Of a DNA stretch of 64,000 nt, positions 26,474 through 39,408 are shown piece by piece (position 1 is the stretch's first letter; every line of letters begins with the position of its first letter). The DNA comes from Takakia lepidozioides (lineage: Eukaryota > Plantae > Bryophyta), in contig CM060732.1 in assembly GCA_030704615.1 (NCBI GenBank), forward strand, positions 65,782,001-65,846,000, written 5' to 3'. The notes below the pieces were generated by a model. It worked only from the letters and a program-made list of their open reading frames with translations. It did not search any database and was not told where the DNA came from. The position numbers and the translations under genes are program-made.

Positions 26474-27884
26474 ATGGGGAAGAGTAGGGATGCAGTGGAG
26501 GCAGCTGCATATGCAGCTAAGTACCGCAAGTATGAGCGCGAGTTCCTGCGTCGCATCAACCACCTCTATTTCTCCGGCAAAACTGCCAACCAGGGTATGC
26601 TCTCCCTCTCTCTGTCTCTCTCTATTTGCTCTTGGATCTCTCAAAACCCTAAATCCTGAACCTTCCAGGACCCTTCAATGATGGGGTGGTCCTTGCCATC
26701 TTTTCTCATGTGTCTCGGATAAGGTCGAGTTTACATGTTAATAGTTGGAGACATGTATCATTATTCTACTTCAACCATCATAAACACCCATATTTATTGA
26801 CCTTTCTGTGAAGTGACTAGGTGGTCTGGATTTTCACTGCGGTTTCCTCTTGGAACAATGGCTATACACCCTTGAAGGCATGGGTGCTGGTCAGTGAGTT
26901 TGGCCCCACTAGATTAGCAAACCTGGGTCTTAGCACTTACATACTATTGACACAAGGGTTGAATGCTAAAATTAGGCGCTACTGTTGACATCTTATAATG
27001 AATCTCTCCATTCATTCAAGTACTTCTATTGTAGCTCTATACCTTGACAGAGTTGTGTGGTGTTTAACTACGCTCCATTCACCCCAGAGGTTAGAGGGAG
27101 AGAGGGAATGTGTGGATGTCAGCAGGGAAGTGAAATTGAGTAAGGGTCTACCAGGTTTAACAATGGATACACTGAGTTTGGTTGGTTGTTGGGTACATAT
27201 TGCAATGCTGGTTTGACTTTGGATTTTGTTATGTTTGTGGGAAAATGCAGAAGGACTACTGTTCGAGAGCACCGCCACCATTGACGATAATGTCATTAAT
27301 GAAAGCAAGTAAGATTCTTTACTGTCTCATTTTAGGCCATCTTTTAGGTTCTCTGCAAAGTGAGCCATGGAGCTGAAATTTTAAGAAAAAGACCAAATCA
27401 CAGAACCAGCCAAAACTTCAATCAAGGTGTGAAGGTAACCTTGATAAGTAGATAAAAATGGAAAATTATGAGGCTGAACAGCCACCAATGTAGTGGCCTG
27501 ATGATAGCTGTAACTATGGTCAGAAACGCACTAGGTTGAAGCATGTGGGAGTCCATGTGCTCATTGTTTGTTGGGGAACAAGCATCCAAACATGCTTGTT
27601 CTAGATGCAAGCCATAGGCGTTATTGAACAGCAGTGGTCCAACTGTTTGAACTAAATCCTGATTAAATTTTGTTAGCAAACGGAGTTTCCAATGGGGTGA
27701 TTTTCCTTCGTACAGAGAGCCAGCGCTGAAGAAGTACTTAGACGCATCAGGCCTGAAAGTCAAGGAAGTGCAACCCTCAAAGCCGGGAACATCAGGGACA
27801 GCTCCAAAATTGCCCTCTTCCAGCAAAAAAGTACCAAGGAGCACTCCTGAAGGCAACAAGAAGTCCACAAGTAGGGCTAAATGA
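26474..27884 (+). CDS. Small uncharacterised plant protein, 115 aa, 3 exons (26474-26594, 27251-27308, 27716-27884)
   Basis: GT-AG introns with compatible phases (121+58+169=348 nt) give MGKSRDAVEAAAYAAKYRKYEREFLRRINHLYFSGKTANQEGLLFESTATIDDNVINESKEPALKKYLDASG...STSRAK*. The pattern KYxxYExxxxRRxxxxYFSGK...FxxxxTID resembles a conserved small plant family (from recall). Confidence 0.8.
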
Positions 27885-30800
27885 AGACATTCTCCATCCC
27901 CGGTTTTCAGTCTCAAGTGTGGAGGTCTTCCTTTACCCGCCAGATGGATGAGAGTAAAGGCCATCTATTGATTAGAACTCGATCATGTATGCTAATGTGC
28001 CAATGTCCTGATGCGCCTCTGGATCTGTGAGCTATCAAAAGAAGTGGATGGGTAAAAGAAGGTGGGTTGTCCATGAGGACGCTTAACAGTCCAGTTTTGT
28101 ATGCACATATCCTTGTTGCTTTCCCTTGAAAGTAACTGGTGCAGAGTTTTTCAATGCAATTGCACCAAAGCAGCACTTGACGTTGCTATCAATTACTGAA
28201 GCAGTGGTTCTCATGTGCAAGTGATGAAAATTTATTGTGAATGAACCAGTGATCACCAAAGCCCACATCCAGATCAGAAGGCTTTTGCTCAACCAAGGTA
28301 GATCATAATAAGAGTGCATTGGAAAATGGTCCAACCAGTGACCAACAGACAAGAATTACATCCTTCAGTTTCTTAATTGTGGTTTTTGTGTGACAGGCAA
28401 CCTGAGTCATACCTTTTAAAAATTTCAAAAATTTCAAGGTCTCCCTCTACCTGGCATGCCCATGCCATTACCAAGGTATTCTTCTGTGGTGCCAAGGCAT
28501 GCTATATAGTGAAGTTTCTAATCAATTGCAGCCAACATTGAGGGGCTGTAACTTGGCTGTACTACTGTGCTGGTCAATTGATGAACACGGTGAATCTTGC
28601 TTGAGGATGGTTCAGTCCATCAGAGTCCCCACTCACATTGTCTGCAAACAGGTTTTAGTATCTTCACATTAACTTTACTGTGCCAGGCAGTTGATTATAT
28701 TCTCATAATCAAGCACTACACATAAACTTGAGTGTTCAAAGCATCTATCAAATCGTTTCTTCAACATGTTTAGCATGTCTTACTGGCCACGAGGAGGTAT
28801 GCTATTTTCTGTATTCTCTAACCTTCATGATCGTTTGCTACCTATCAGCCCACGTGGTGCGTTTTGAGTGGTCCACTATTGCTACCATCCATATTTTGTG
28901 ACCTTCATAATATTTTCTGCGAACGTGGCGGTCTTTGAGTGGTTGTGAGGAGGCCTGCTATCACTATATTGTAACCTTCATAATCTTCTCTACCGACGTG
29001 GCACGTTTTGAGTGTGGGAGGTCTGCTATTACTATTTTTTGTATTTTGTGACCTACTGCCTGGAGTTGCGAAATACCCAGCAGAGATTTCGGTGGATGGC
29101 AGATGCTGTTGCGAGTGTGCTGCACTTTTGGAGTAGATACAGTTCGGTCTCATGCAGGCAGGAATCCAATAGTTCAGATCCAACATATAGTCAAACAAAA
29201 TTGGCTTCGAATCGACAGGTTTATTTTTGGCGTCGACCATGTAGATGTATGAATGTCATACTGTCTGCACAATACTTGGAATATTGGAGGTGAAGGTGAT
29301 TTCCTTCCCAGCTTCTGTGCTACATGTACTATCTTTTCTATTGACCACAATTCAGGTCATTGTTTATAGAAAAGCTATCATCTACAACTACTATCTACAA
29401 TTATATCCAAGAACTATACGAGTACTATCCCAATGATATAGAACTATACAATGAGGCCTGCTGCGAACTATGGCTGAGAAGAAGGAAAGCCAAGAAGGGC
29501 CCGCACTTGACTGGAATCTGCAACTAATGGTAAAGTTGAAAGTATTATTGGATAATACTCGGCCCTGGATAAGCCAGGTACGTTTGAAGGTAAAGAAACA
29601 GACGCAAGCTGCTGAGACGGTGATGAAGCTCGGGCAACATCAATGGTAGCTAAAGATCTCGAACCACTAGTAGCAGGAAGGACAACTACATTACTAGCAG
29701 AGGTTGAACCTGATGATGCTCCCGTATGACTTTGTGCCACACCACCACTGCTCCCGTAGGACTTTGTGCCACACCACCCCTTCCTTTCAGCTCGCTGGGC
29801 ATGGTCTTGTGAAGCTTGTCTAGGTCTACATTCTCCCACTTGAAGGTTTCCCAAAAACGATAGTAATCTTCCAAAGACTCGGTGCTATCAGCTTGTACAG
29901 TCTTCTTATCATTGTCAGTACCCGCATTTATCGCCTTCGAACTACTTCCTTCATTAAAAAACTGTTGACCACCATGAAAATCAAAACCTTGGTGACCTTC
30001 ATGAGAGAAACCCTCTGAATAAGATCGGAAGTTTTACAAACTTGACTGGTAACTCTGGCCTGACTATAATCAGTAAAACCCTGATTACAAGATTGAGCCA
30101 TCCCATGGTTACCAATATGAACAGGAGCCTGGTAAGTGCTCTTAGGGAGCACCCCCTGCTGAACAACTTGTGCATAAAATCTGGGGGTGGCATTTTCACC
30201 CAGCTGACAAGGAGGTTTTGAAGTTTCTCCACCCGGAGTTTGTGAACAGAAATCCACATAAATCTCCAGGAGATTTACACTAAATGAGATAATCTGAAAT
30301 TCTTCCATCTCCAGGTGGAGAATGTGGATTATTCTTCGAAATCCCCCGGTGGAGAGATGTGGGAGGTTCTCCATCCATGAATTTGGAGAAGTAGAGAAAC
30401 TCTCCACCCTAGATTTTGGAGGAATTCAGAACATCTCCACCCGGAGGTTTAGGAACTCTTTAATGTTTATTTGCAAACAGCTTAGTCACATTATTCAAAG
30501 GGTGAATCACCCAAAGAAAGTAGGTCTTGGACTTCACTGTGTCCAAACCATTAAATATTGCTTTAAGGTTACTCTGGATATTAACATGTCTGCATGTAGA
30601 AGGATGCTCTGGATCTGAAATATAACGCTCTGCTGATGAGGAAAGTTCGAAGTTTTGAAGCACAACTTCAGATACTATCATAATCCGGGGAGATCCACAT
30701 TCAGGTACAAATGGTCCACATTCCGGCGTTAAGTCGTGTGAAGGCAGCAAGAGAAATAATCAACCTCATTGCATGATCTACCAATCTATTATGGATTTTA

Positions 30801-32037
30801 AGTGTATCCTGTCCTTGCGGGGCTGCAGTCTTTATGATTTTTGGGCCATATTATGCTCCTCTCTCCAGCGCAATGCTCCTATACAGAAACCTGTCCAGTA
30901 AGGTGGCTGCCATCCCACCCACACTTGCCCCCTCAACATACTTGGAACCCTAACCACCAGTCACATGGGGATATCACTGACATGGATTGCTTGGACTATT
31001 TTTCGTCTGCTTCTGCCTATCCTATGTTAATTTGATACACTAAATCATCTTTCTATCAACCTCAAGGCTCATACAGCACAACCATATTCTGAAACTCTCA
31101 TGTGAGTTTGGACTGCCTGCAAATAATCCACTGACAGAAGGTCAGAAGAGTTACAGATTGAGCCCACCTCCGGAAAACCTTGTCAGAAGTGGAACACCAA
31201 AGCATGCTTGCAATGGCGAAGTGCAGCACTCTGGCGCTTCATACAGGAACGCACCGGGGAAGAGTCGTTGCATGCCTGCTTCTTTTCTGATGAGCAGGCG
31301 TCCCACATGGCGCAGCAACCCAGTGACATTTCTTAAATTTGCCTGCCTGGCTATGATTATGTCGGGGGAATGTGATCTGCAATACTGGCTGCAAACCAAT
31401 CAACCAGGATCAGTGGACCTGTAATCTGATTAATAAACTTGCCCCCTACCACCCCCAACCTCAAAACTACACCTCCATCGCATAGGAAGGAGAGGCAACG
31501 TGTGACAGATCGCACCTCTCTCCACGGCGATTGCCGCAATGGTGACAGCCAAATAGCTTGTATAGGTCCTTTATCAATTTGCTTCCTTCTCATTTGCATA
31601 CTTGGTCCCCTAGCTGTCGAACCATCACTGAACCATCTGTCAGACCACCAATGTGGCCACCTTCATAGGGGGCTATTTAGTCTTCACCGACCTGGAATGG
31701 ATCCACGTGCCAGTGCTCCTGGCCGCATCACATTGATGGGCATCACATTCCGCCAATCGCCTCCCAGTACCTGCCCATCAATAAAAGAATTTCAGCTTTT
31801 GGGAGGCTTGCATGCCAGACTCCTAAATCATCCTTCTCTCTCTCTCTCTCTCTCTCTCTGTGGCAATATAAAGAGTTAGAGAGATTGTACTCATAAGACG
31901 TTGTTTGCCGTAGCCTTGTGGCCATTGAGTTAGAGAGAGAGAGATAGGGAGGCAAAAGATCCACTACAAGGCAGCTAATGTGCTACGTAAAAGATAAGTA
32001 CAGGCAGTCACAACTCACCTTGGATGTCACATGTCAC

Positions 32038-33320
32038 CTGATTCCAGACTGGAGAACCTGGGGGACCGATTATGGACATTTTACTGTTCTTTTTACTATG
32101 AAGAACTTGCTCGCCCAATAATAACACCACATAGGGATCTGTCTTGCCTGCACACTCCAGAAATCCACATCAACCAACTCCTTGTATCTCACAAAATCAC
32201 CAAATTTCATGCCTCTCCAAAACTTATCTACAAGAGTGCCAACCAGTCACCACCATCTGTGGAGCTTTCAGGAGCAAGAACTGCTCGAGGGAAGGCAATA
32301 GCAGGTAGTTTTAAGTCTTCCCAAGATTGGTGAAACTATTGCTCTATGTCTGCATCACATTCTAGAAAGTTGTGTGATTGAAATGCGTATTCTGAAAACT
32401 AGAGATGGTTGTTCCATGGTAATCTCTTCCTATGTAGTGAATGGAGTGGGGCTAACCTACTCTGCAACAAGGCTTCTGCTTAGAGCTTGAATATACTCTT
32501 AGATTGCTCGTACTTGTGTCTCAAACATATTGTCTGAACTCTGAGAGTGTCCATCGGTTGATGGGATGTGCGTTGGGCAGTACAGTAGACTCAAAGAGAG
32601 AGACACAGACATGGTGCCTTGTCTGAATGAAATGCCACAAAAGCCAAGGTTAAAAGTAGTTACCAATGGGAAAATATGGTAGTTTGCGTGCCTCTATGAG
32701 AGTTATTGAGAGCTCTCCAGCAAATCCTCTTAAAAACAACCCGTCTTTGAAATCCTTGTAGACAGGACCTACAACTTTCCCTTTCAAAAAATTGACCACT
32801 GTCTTGTTTGGGCGAACAAATAGTAGAGGAAGATCTTGTGTGAGCAACTTAGTCAAAAAACTGTAACGAAAACATCCACCGTCCATATCAGTATACTTTC
32901 CTACAAGCAGATCTGACTTGCAAATGAGATTACCTTCTTACGTTCTATCTCGGTTACCAACTCTAAACATCAGTGAACCCATTGCTTTAAGAACCATGAA
33001 GTCTCATTGAGGCATAAGCACTCTTGCAAACTCTCTCTCTCTCTCTCTGTGAGTGCTAAAAACTGTACCATGTTGACTAACTGATGTGGCTGCTTCACAA
33101 CAAGTAAAGCTAGGCCTCATGGCAACAAAGAGATTTATTTCTCACATGCAGCATCTCAAGGTACTTCCACAATTCAAAGCCAAAGGTGAATACTTCAGCC
33201 AGGAGTGTGGAACCATAGCCCCACTGTTCCAGATTTAACTCCTCTGCCGCTCTAGTGTGCAGCAAAATTAAAACAAAGATTACGATTAAATGAGACATTA
33301 CATGTTAAGGAATGGGATAG
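32038..33320 (-). pseudogene. NTMC2T5: Internal three-exon fragment of an NTMC2T5/tricalbin-3-like SMP-C2 gene (exons 33302-33320, 32664-32860, 32038-32147)
   Basis: Splices in phase to AIPFLNIFLTKLLTQDLPLLFVRPNKTVVNFLKGKVVGPV...FAGELSITLIEARKLPYFPIGKTDPYVVLLLGEQVLHSKKNSKMSIIGPPGSPVWNQ, matching the SMP-end/C2-start of NTMC2T5. Flanking exons were not found. Confidence 0.8.
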
Positions 33321-34579
33321 CTGATGCGTTTAGACAGGTCATGCCCACAGACATTCACAGAGCCACAGCCAATAGTATCAGCTTCAATTTGCTTACAGGA
33401 CATACACTTTGAATGTAACAACAACTTACCCCAATAGAAACTATTATTGAGATGAAATCAGGTAAGCATGAAAAATGCTCTCAGGGCCTTCTGGTAACCC
33501 CACAGGACATGAAACTACATAGTCTAGCTATCCAAACAAGATGCTACTTCAGTACTGAAGTGATAACGTCAAAATTCCTCTGCTTGCCACATAAAGGTGT
33601 GCCTGGGAGAACTGTCATGGGCAGGAGCATGTAACAACTTTGCAATACAGACCAGTAAATACCATCATCTGACCAACCTGTGACAAAAGAAGTATGCCAG
33701 CCCCTTAAACTGACATCTGCATGGAAGCTTATCTGTATGGAACCTATATCCACCTCCCTCTCATTGTCAATTTACAGGATGCTTGACATTTAAAACAGCC
33801 ACAACAGGAGGGTAGGGAAAAGAAACACAATGACAGAAGAAACACACATGCTTCTGAGTAGCTTCCAAGTAGCTCCTTTGGGCTAGAGAATATGCACAGC
33901 CAGTACTTAGGTTCACAGTTCTTATCTACACTGTACAACCAGCAAGATGACTTTGCCTCAGTTCAGGACTAGGTTCATTTACATCATTATCTTCAAAGTG
34001 AAGTCAGAAGTTGGCGTATTGAACGCTTGCATTACAACCATCTCAAACTCTTTCAATGGCATCCTACTTTTCTCTTCATACACACAAGAAATGAAACTAC
34101 ATGAACAATACCTGTTTGTCAGTGCACATTCAATCTCGTGAGGTGAGCGTTGCAATCAAGAATAGTGGCATGAACATGGTCACTTGATTTCAGAAATTGC
34201 AACTAGCTGGAGTTCTCGAGTGTCCCTGCAGTTTCAATGAGTCGATTGAAGTGGAATGGCTTGCTTGCTTTCTAGTTACTTTCTTATCGGCGTATGAATG
34301 GTGTGAGAGTCGAGGGAAGATTTGGAAACAGAGATAAAACCGGGGAATGTACAGATATATGAGTCGAGAGAATGCAAGGGCAGGTAATAGTCATGTGATG
34401 AGAATTCAAGGCTTCAGACTGGTATAATCTGCTGATGAGCTATTAGGTTAGTAGATGCCGAAGAAGGTCTTGAGTCAGCAACAGAGACAGAGAATAATGA
34501 GAGGCAGACGCATGCACGGCACACATTTCGCATTGAGAATGGCGTCACAGGTTCGGGCGCACAGGAGGGAAACGTCACC

Positions 34580-34740
34580 CCCAGACTGGTCACGAAAAAT
34601 CCACACACAGGACTGGGCAGCGGGTTTGAACCCCAAACCACCAGGGCGTCACAACAATCATACATAGGACTGGGCAACGGGTTCGAACCCCGAACCACCA
34701 GGGCGACACACTGTGCACGTACCAGCTGAGCTACCAGCCG
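34580..34740 (-). mobile_element. tRNA-derived SINE head with duplicated B-box segment
   Basis: Minus strand reads GGCTGGTAGCTCAGCTGGTACG...GGGGTTCGAACCCGTTGCCCAGTCC: A box, B box and a pairable acceptor stem. The 3' half is repeated ~60 bp downstream. The element's 3' limit is unclear. Confidence 0.75.
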
Positions 34741-35072
34741 CTGTGCCACATTCTCTAAGTGGAGAAATATGAGCATGAGCAAATCTGTTCATGCACAGTG
34801 GAGAATTTAATTCACCAAAGTGGACGAGTATCAGCACCTGGAGAAAGAGGGCATATGTCCAGTTTCACTATATGGTGATCTGACCAAACCCCCCTATGGC
34901 TTAACATTGGTGACATCCGACAAAGTATTCTCAGAAGTTATTCTCAGAAGTTAGAACATTTTGATTCCCAAATGGTGTGACAAAGTCAGTGGACTTCGGC
35001 TTCTCAAAGCTTACTATCTGATTGCGATGCCACTCCTCTAGTTCCTTATCGTAATAATGAACTCAAAGGTTG

Positions 35073-38000
35073 TGTTGGAATTAACACACCCATGTTGTGG
35101 TGCACTAGATCAGGCCTTAGTTAATGCACCGTTCCTTAAATCTAGATAGTACCTGGCCACCGTTTGCATTCATCACAGTTAGCAATAAGGCCCATGTGGT
35201 AGTCATGAATCTTTGGGGATACCTTCAAGACCTATACGGTTAGAGTCTGAGGAGGATATCTGAAAGTATTTTTTTGTTTCGTAGAGAGACAAGGAAGAAG
35301 ATGGTCAAGGGACTGGGACGTTGTGGAGAGGCTACACGAAAGTAGTTTGCTTTCTTTCTCTTAGTTCTTCATAGCATTTCTTTATGCTGAAAGTAGATCA
35401 GTGTAAGCTATTGATCTGTAAACACTTACTATATTTATTTATTTCTTTTGTTGTAGTGTATATCGCATCGTAGAACAGTATGTCGGGAACAGAGCACTCC
35501 ATAGGTGAGAACCAGAAGCTTGAAGGAGCTTCAAACTATGCCATGTGGAAGTTTAGGATACAAAGTATCTTTGAACGCGAGGATCTTTGGGAAATAGTAC
35601 AACCGGAGGAAGACAGTAGTTCCGCCGACACTAGCTCCGTCTCTGAACTCTTACCCGATGCTAGAGATGCTGATCATGTTATTAGAAAGCAAAGGATAAC
35701 AGCTTTTTCTATAATCAAGCTATCGGTGAAAGACCAGATTATACCTTCAATACTACATGCCAAAGGACCAAGGGAGTGCTCGGATATTTTGAAGAGGCAG
35801 TTTGATGTCAAGAACAACGCCAAGAGGTTGGCAATCCGAAATCGTTTCTCAAACCTACGAATGGAGGAAGGCATGACTGTTGCTGACTTCATGAGGCAAG
35901 TGCAAGACACACTCAACCAACTCAGTGAGTTTGGTGAACTGCCATCCGAGAGCATCATCGTGGAGCAGATAATCAATGCCTTGCCAGCCAGTTTCGACAG
36001 CTTCATCGGGGCTATCTCGAGCGAAAAAGAATTCCCAACCATCCAAGAAATAGCTGGGAGGCTCCAACTTGAAGTGAGCCGCAATGCAAATCAAACTCGA
36101 GCCCAAGATGAGGAGGCCCTAGTTCTCAAGTTTCGAAGGATCCTCAAGCAGCGGAGAAACGATCGAGTTGAAAACAGGAGGTTCAACTATGATGTCGGAC
36201 AGTTTGGCTCACAAACTAAACCTGGCTACTGCAACAAATGCGGAAAGAAAGGACATTGGGCAAGGGAATGTCCAGGTATTGGGAGTTCCTTCTCCGATAA
36301 AACTTCTTCCTTTGAGAGGAACAAAGGAAAACAAATTCATGTCATTTGTGATGACACTGAAGGTGAGCCCGAGATTGACGATTTGGAGACTGCCGATGAA
36401 GTGTTGGAGGCGGTACTTGCAGCAATGGCTTTAGAAACAGATGATACATCATGGATCTTAGATTCAAGGGCCTCAAGGCACGTGACTGGAAACTCACAAC
36501 TTCTAGATCACATAAAACAGCCGACAGAGCCATCTAATGTTAAAACTGCCAGTGGGCAATCGCACGTTGTGCACGGCAAGGGTGATGTAAAAATTTGTTT
36601 CCCGAGCGGAGAAATAAAAAAGATCAGCGATGTTCTTTACGTGCCAGGCCTCACAAAGAACCTGTTATCAATAGGTACTTTGACAGATGCTAATCTCGTA
36701 GCAATATTTGACTTTGAGAAGTATTTCCTGGTGACTAAGAATACGCCTCCTGAAATTGTGGCTAGAGACATAAGAGATAATGCAACAGGACTATACCGTC
36801 TTCACATTCAGCCCGCCAATGTTGAGTTGCATGTGGTCGAAAATCTTGATGAGGTTTTCCTATGGCACAAGAGGCTTGGGCACCTTAATTTCAAAGTTTT
36901 TTTCATTTGAGCAACAAGGACGTTGCAACAGGGCTGCCAAAACTGCCGCTAATATCTAGTGTATGTGAAGGCTACCAGTATGGGAAACACCACAGGGAGA
37001 GCTTCCCCAAAAAAAGTCTCAACCGAACAACACAGGTACTTGAACTCATACATATAGATCTTTGTGGCCCCTTGTCACCTTCTTTGAGAGGGTCTCGATA
37101 CTTTATCACATTCATAGACGACTATTCGAGAAAAAAGTGGATTTATTTCTGGAGACTGAAAAGTGAGAAATTCAAGTTTTTCAAAGCTCAAGTTGAGAAT
37201 CAGACAGGGCATAGAATTAAAATTCTACGATCTGATCGAGGGGGTGAGTATCTTTCAAATGACTTCATCAAATTTTGCAATGAAGAAGGCATACGGAGAC
37301 AACTCACTCAAGCTCACACGCTGCAACAAAACGGTGTTGCTGAACGTAAGAACCGTACTTTACTTGATAGAGCACGCAACATGGCTCTTACTTGCAACTT
37401 ACCCAAGTTCTTGTGGAGTGAGGCAATTAACACGGCATATTACCTATGAATCGATCACCAACCAAGGCCAACTTGGGTATCACTCCGGAGGAAAAATATT
37501 CAGGTATCAAACCAGATCTTTCACTCCTCCGTATGTTTGGTTGCAAGGTTTTTGTTCACATAGCCAAGGAAGACGTGGCATCTAAGTTATCTCCAAGGTC
37601 ATTGAAATGTCTGTTTGTGGGATATGATGAGGAGACCAAGGGTTTCAGATGCTTTAGTCCTCACGGCAGAAAGGTGGTCATCACAAGGGATGTTCACTTT
37701 GATGAATCGAGCATGTCCAGCCTTCCAACATCCTCATCTTCACCTCCCTTAAGTGCTTCTTCAGATCCAAGTCCAATCATAAATGACAATTTGCAACCAT
37801 GTCATCTACCCACTGTACTTGTTCCTGACCAAGCTTGCATTTCTCCCATCAAAGCTACACCTGCTGATCCTTCAACTCAAAGTGTCTCGGAGTCATGTCA
37901 TTCACCACCTTTAGGTATTGAGGTGCCCACGACTTCGACAGAACCACTCATACCAGAGTGGAGTCCAGACCAAAGGGTTGAAAATTCAGACGATGATAGA

Positions 38001-39408
38001 GATCTTGCAGGTGCACATGAGCAGCCGAGAGCAGGTATAAATTCCCCACTGGCTATTCCTAAGTTTGGAAGAACGATCATCCGGCCCATTCGATTCGATG
38101 ACTACGTAGCAATTGTAGAAGCTAGTAAGCCACAAAAATATTTTGAGGCAATTGGAAATCCGAAATGGCAAGCTGCGATGGATCAAGAAATGGCCTCAAT
38201 CAAAATAAACTCCACATGGGTCTTAGTGGATTTACCGCCACAAAAACATCCAATTACGGCAAAGTGGGTTTATAAAATCAAGGAAGGAGCTGACGGCAAA
38301 GGTGATACATTCAAGGCTCGTCTTATGGCTCGAGGGTTTGAACAAAGAGAAGGCATAGATTACGATGAGACCTTTGCGCCCGTTGTAAGTGGGGCACCTT
38401 ATGAACACTTGTAGCCCTAGCAGCTCAATTTATAATTGGAAGATGTACCACCTATATATCAAGACGACATTTCTTAATGGGGATCTCAAAGAAGAAGTCT
38501 TCATGACTCAACCTGAGGGGTTCATGGGGCACGGGGAAGGAGAATAAGGTGTGCAGGTTGAACAAAGCCCTCTATGGGCTGAAGCAAGCTATGATAGTGT
38601 CCAAATTGAGTGGATCAAAGATCAATTACAGCAAAGATTCGAGATGATAAACTTGGGGGAAATGTCTCATTACTTGATAATAGAATTTTTGTATCTCAGG
38701 GAGGGCATCTTCATGACACAGCGTGGGTACATCACCAGCTCGAAGGGACAAAACTTATCATTGACATGGGTGATGAGCTTGCAGATGCTACCATATATCG
38801 GCAAATGGTTGGTAAGCTCATATATCTTACCAACACGAGACCTGACATCTCCTACTCTGTGGGTGTCGTTAGCCGCTTCATGAATAACCCGCAAGCACCT
38901 CATATGGAAGCAGTTAAGCACATTTTCAGATACTTGAAGGGGACAATTGAACTTGGGGTTCTCTTCAAGAAACAAGGAACCTGCGAAATCGCATGATTCA
39001 CCAACGCAGACTGGGCAGGTGACTAGGAAAATAAAATATCCACTACGGGGTACGTATTTCAACTGGGAGGTAGTCTTGTAACGTGGTGCTCTAAACGTCA
39101 ACCCACAGTGGCTCTCAGCTCTAGATACAGAGGCCGAGTACCGAGCCCTAGCCGAAGGGACGAAGGAATTGATTTGGTTGCAGCACCTATCCAACGAGTT
39201 AGGTATCTTCGGAGAAGAACCCATACGAATCTGGTGTGATAATATGAGTAGCATAAAAATTGCAAAGAATCCAATTCTTCATGCACACACAAAACACATC
39301 GAGGTACACTATCATTTTGTGTGAGAGCAAGTACAATAAGGAATGGTGGATCTTGCACATGTATCGACTGGGGATCAAATAACAGATATCCTGACTAAAC
39401 CTTTGGGA
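35073..39408 (+). mobile_element. Ty1/copia LTR retrotransposon, main body (3' end displaced by inversion)
   Basis: Partial 5' LTR TGTTGGAATT at 35073-~35200, preceded by GGTTG. gag-pol from 35480: CNKCGKKGHWAREC, WILDS, LWHKRLGH, integrase LRSDRGGEY/QQNGVAER, RT FKARLMARGF, RNase H to DILTKPLG. Frameshifted. Confidence 0.93.

Noticed and set aside
27422-27964. 180-aa minus-strand ORF
   Set aside because: Antisense shadow of exon 3 and the intron of the small gene; no recognisable motif.
34665-34740. Functional tRNA gene
   Set aside because: No convincing anticodon stem-loop, the 3' half is duplicated, and a related A-tailed copy exists; a SINE head fits better.
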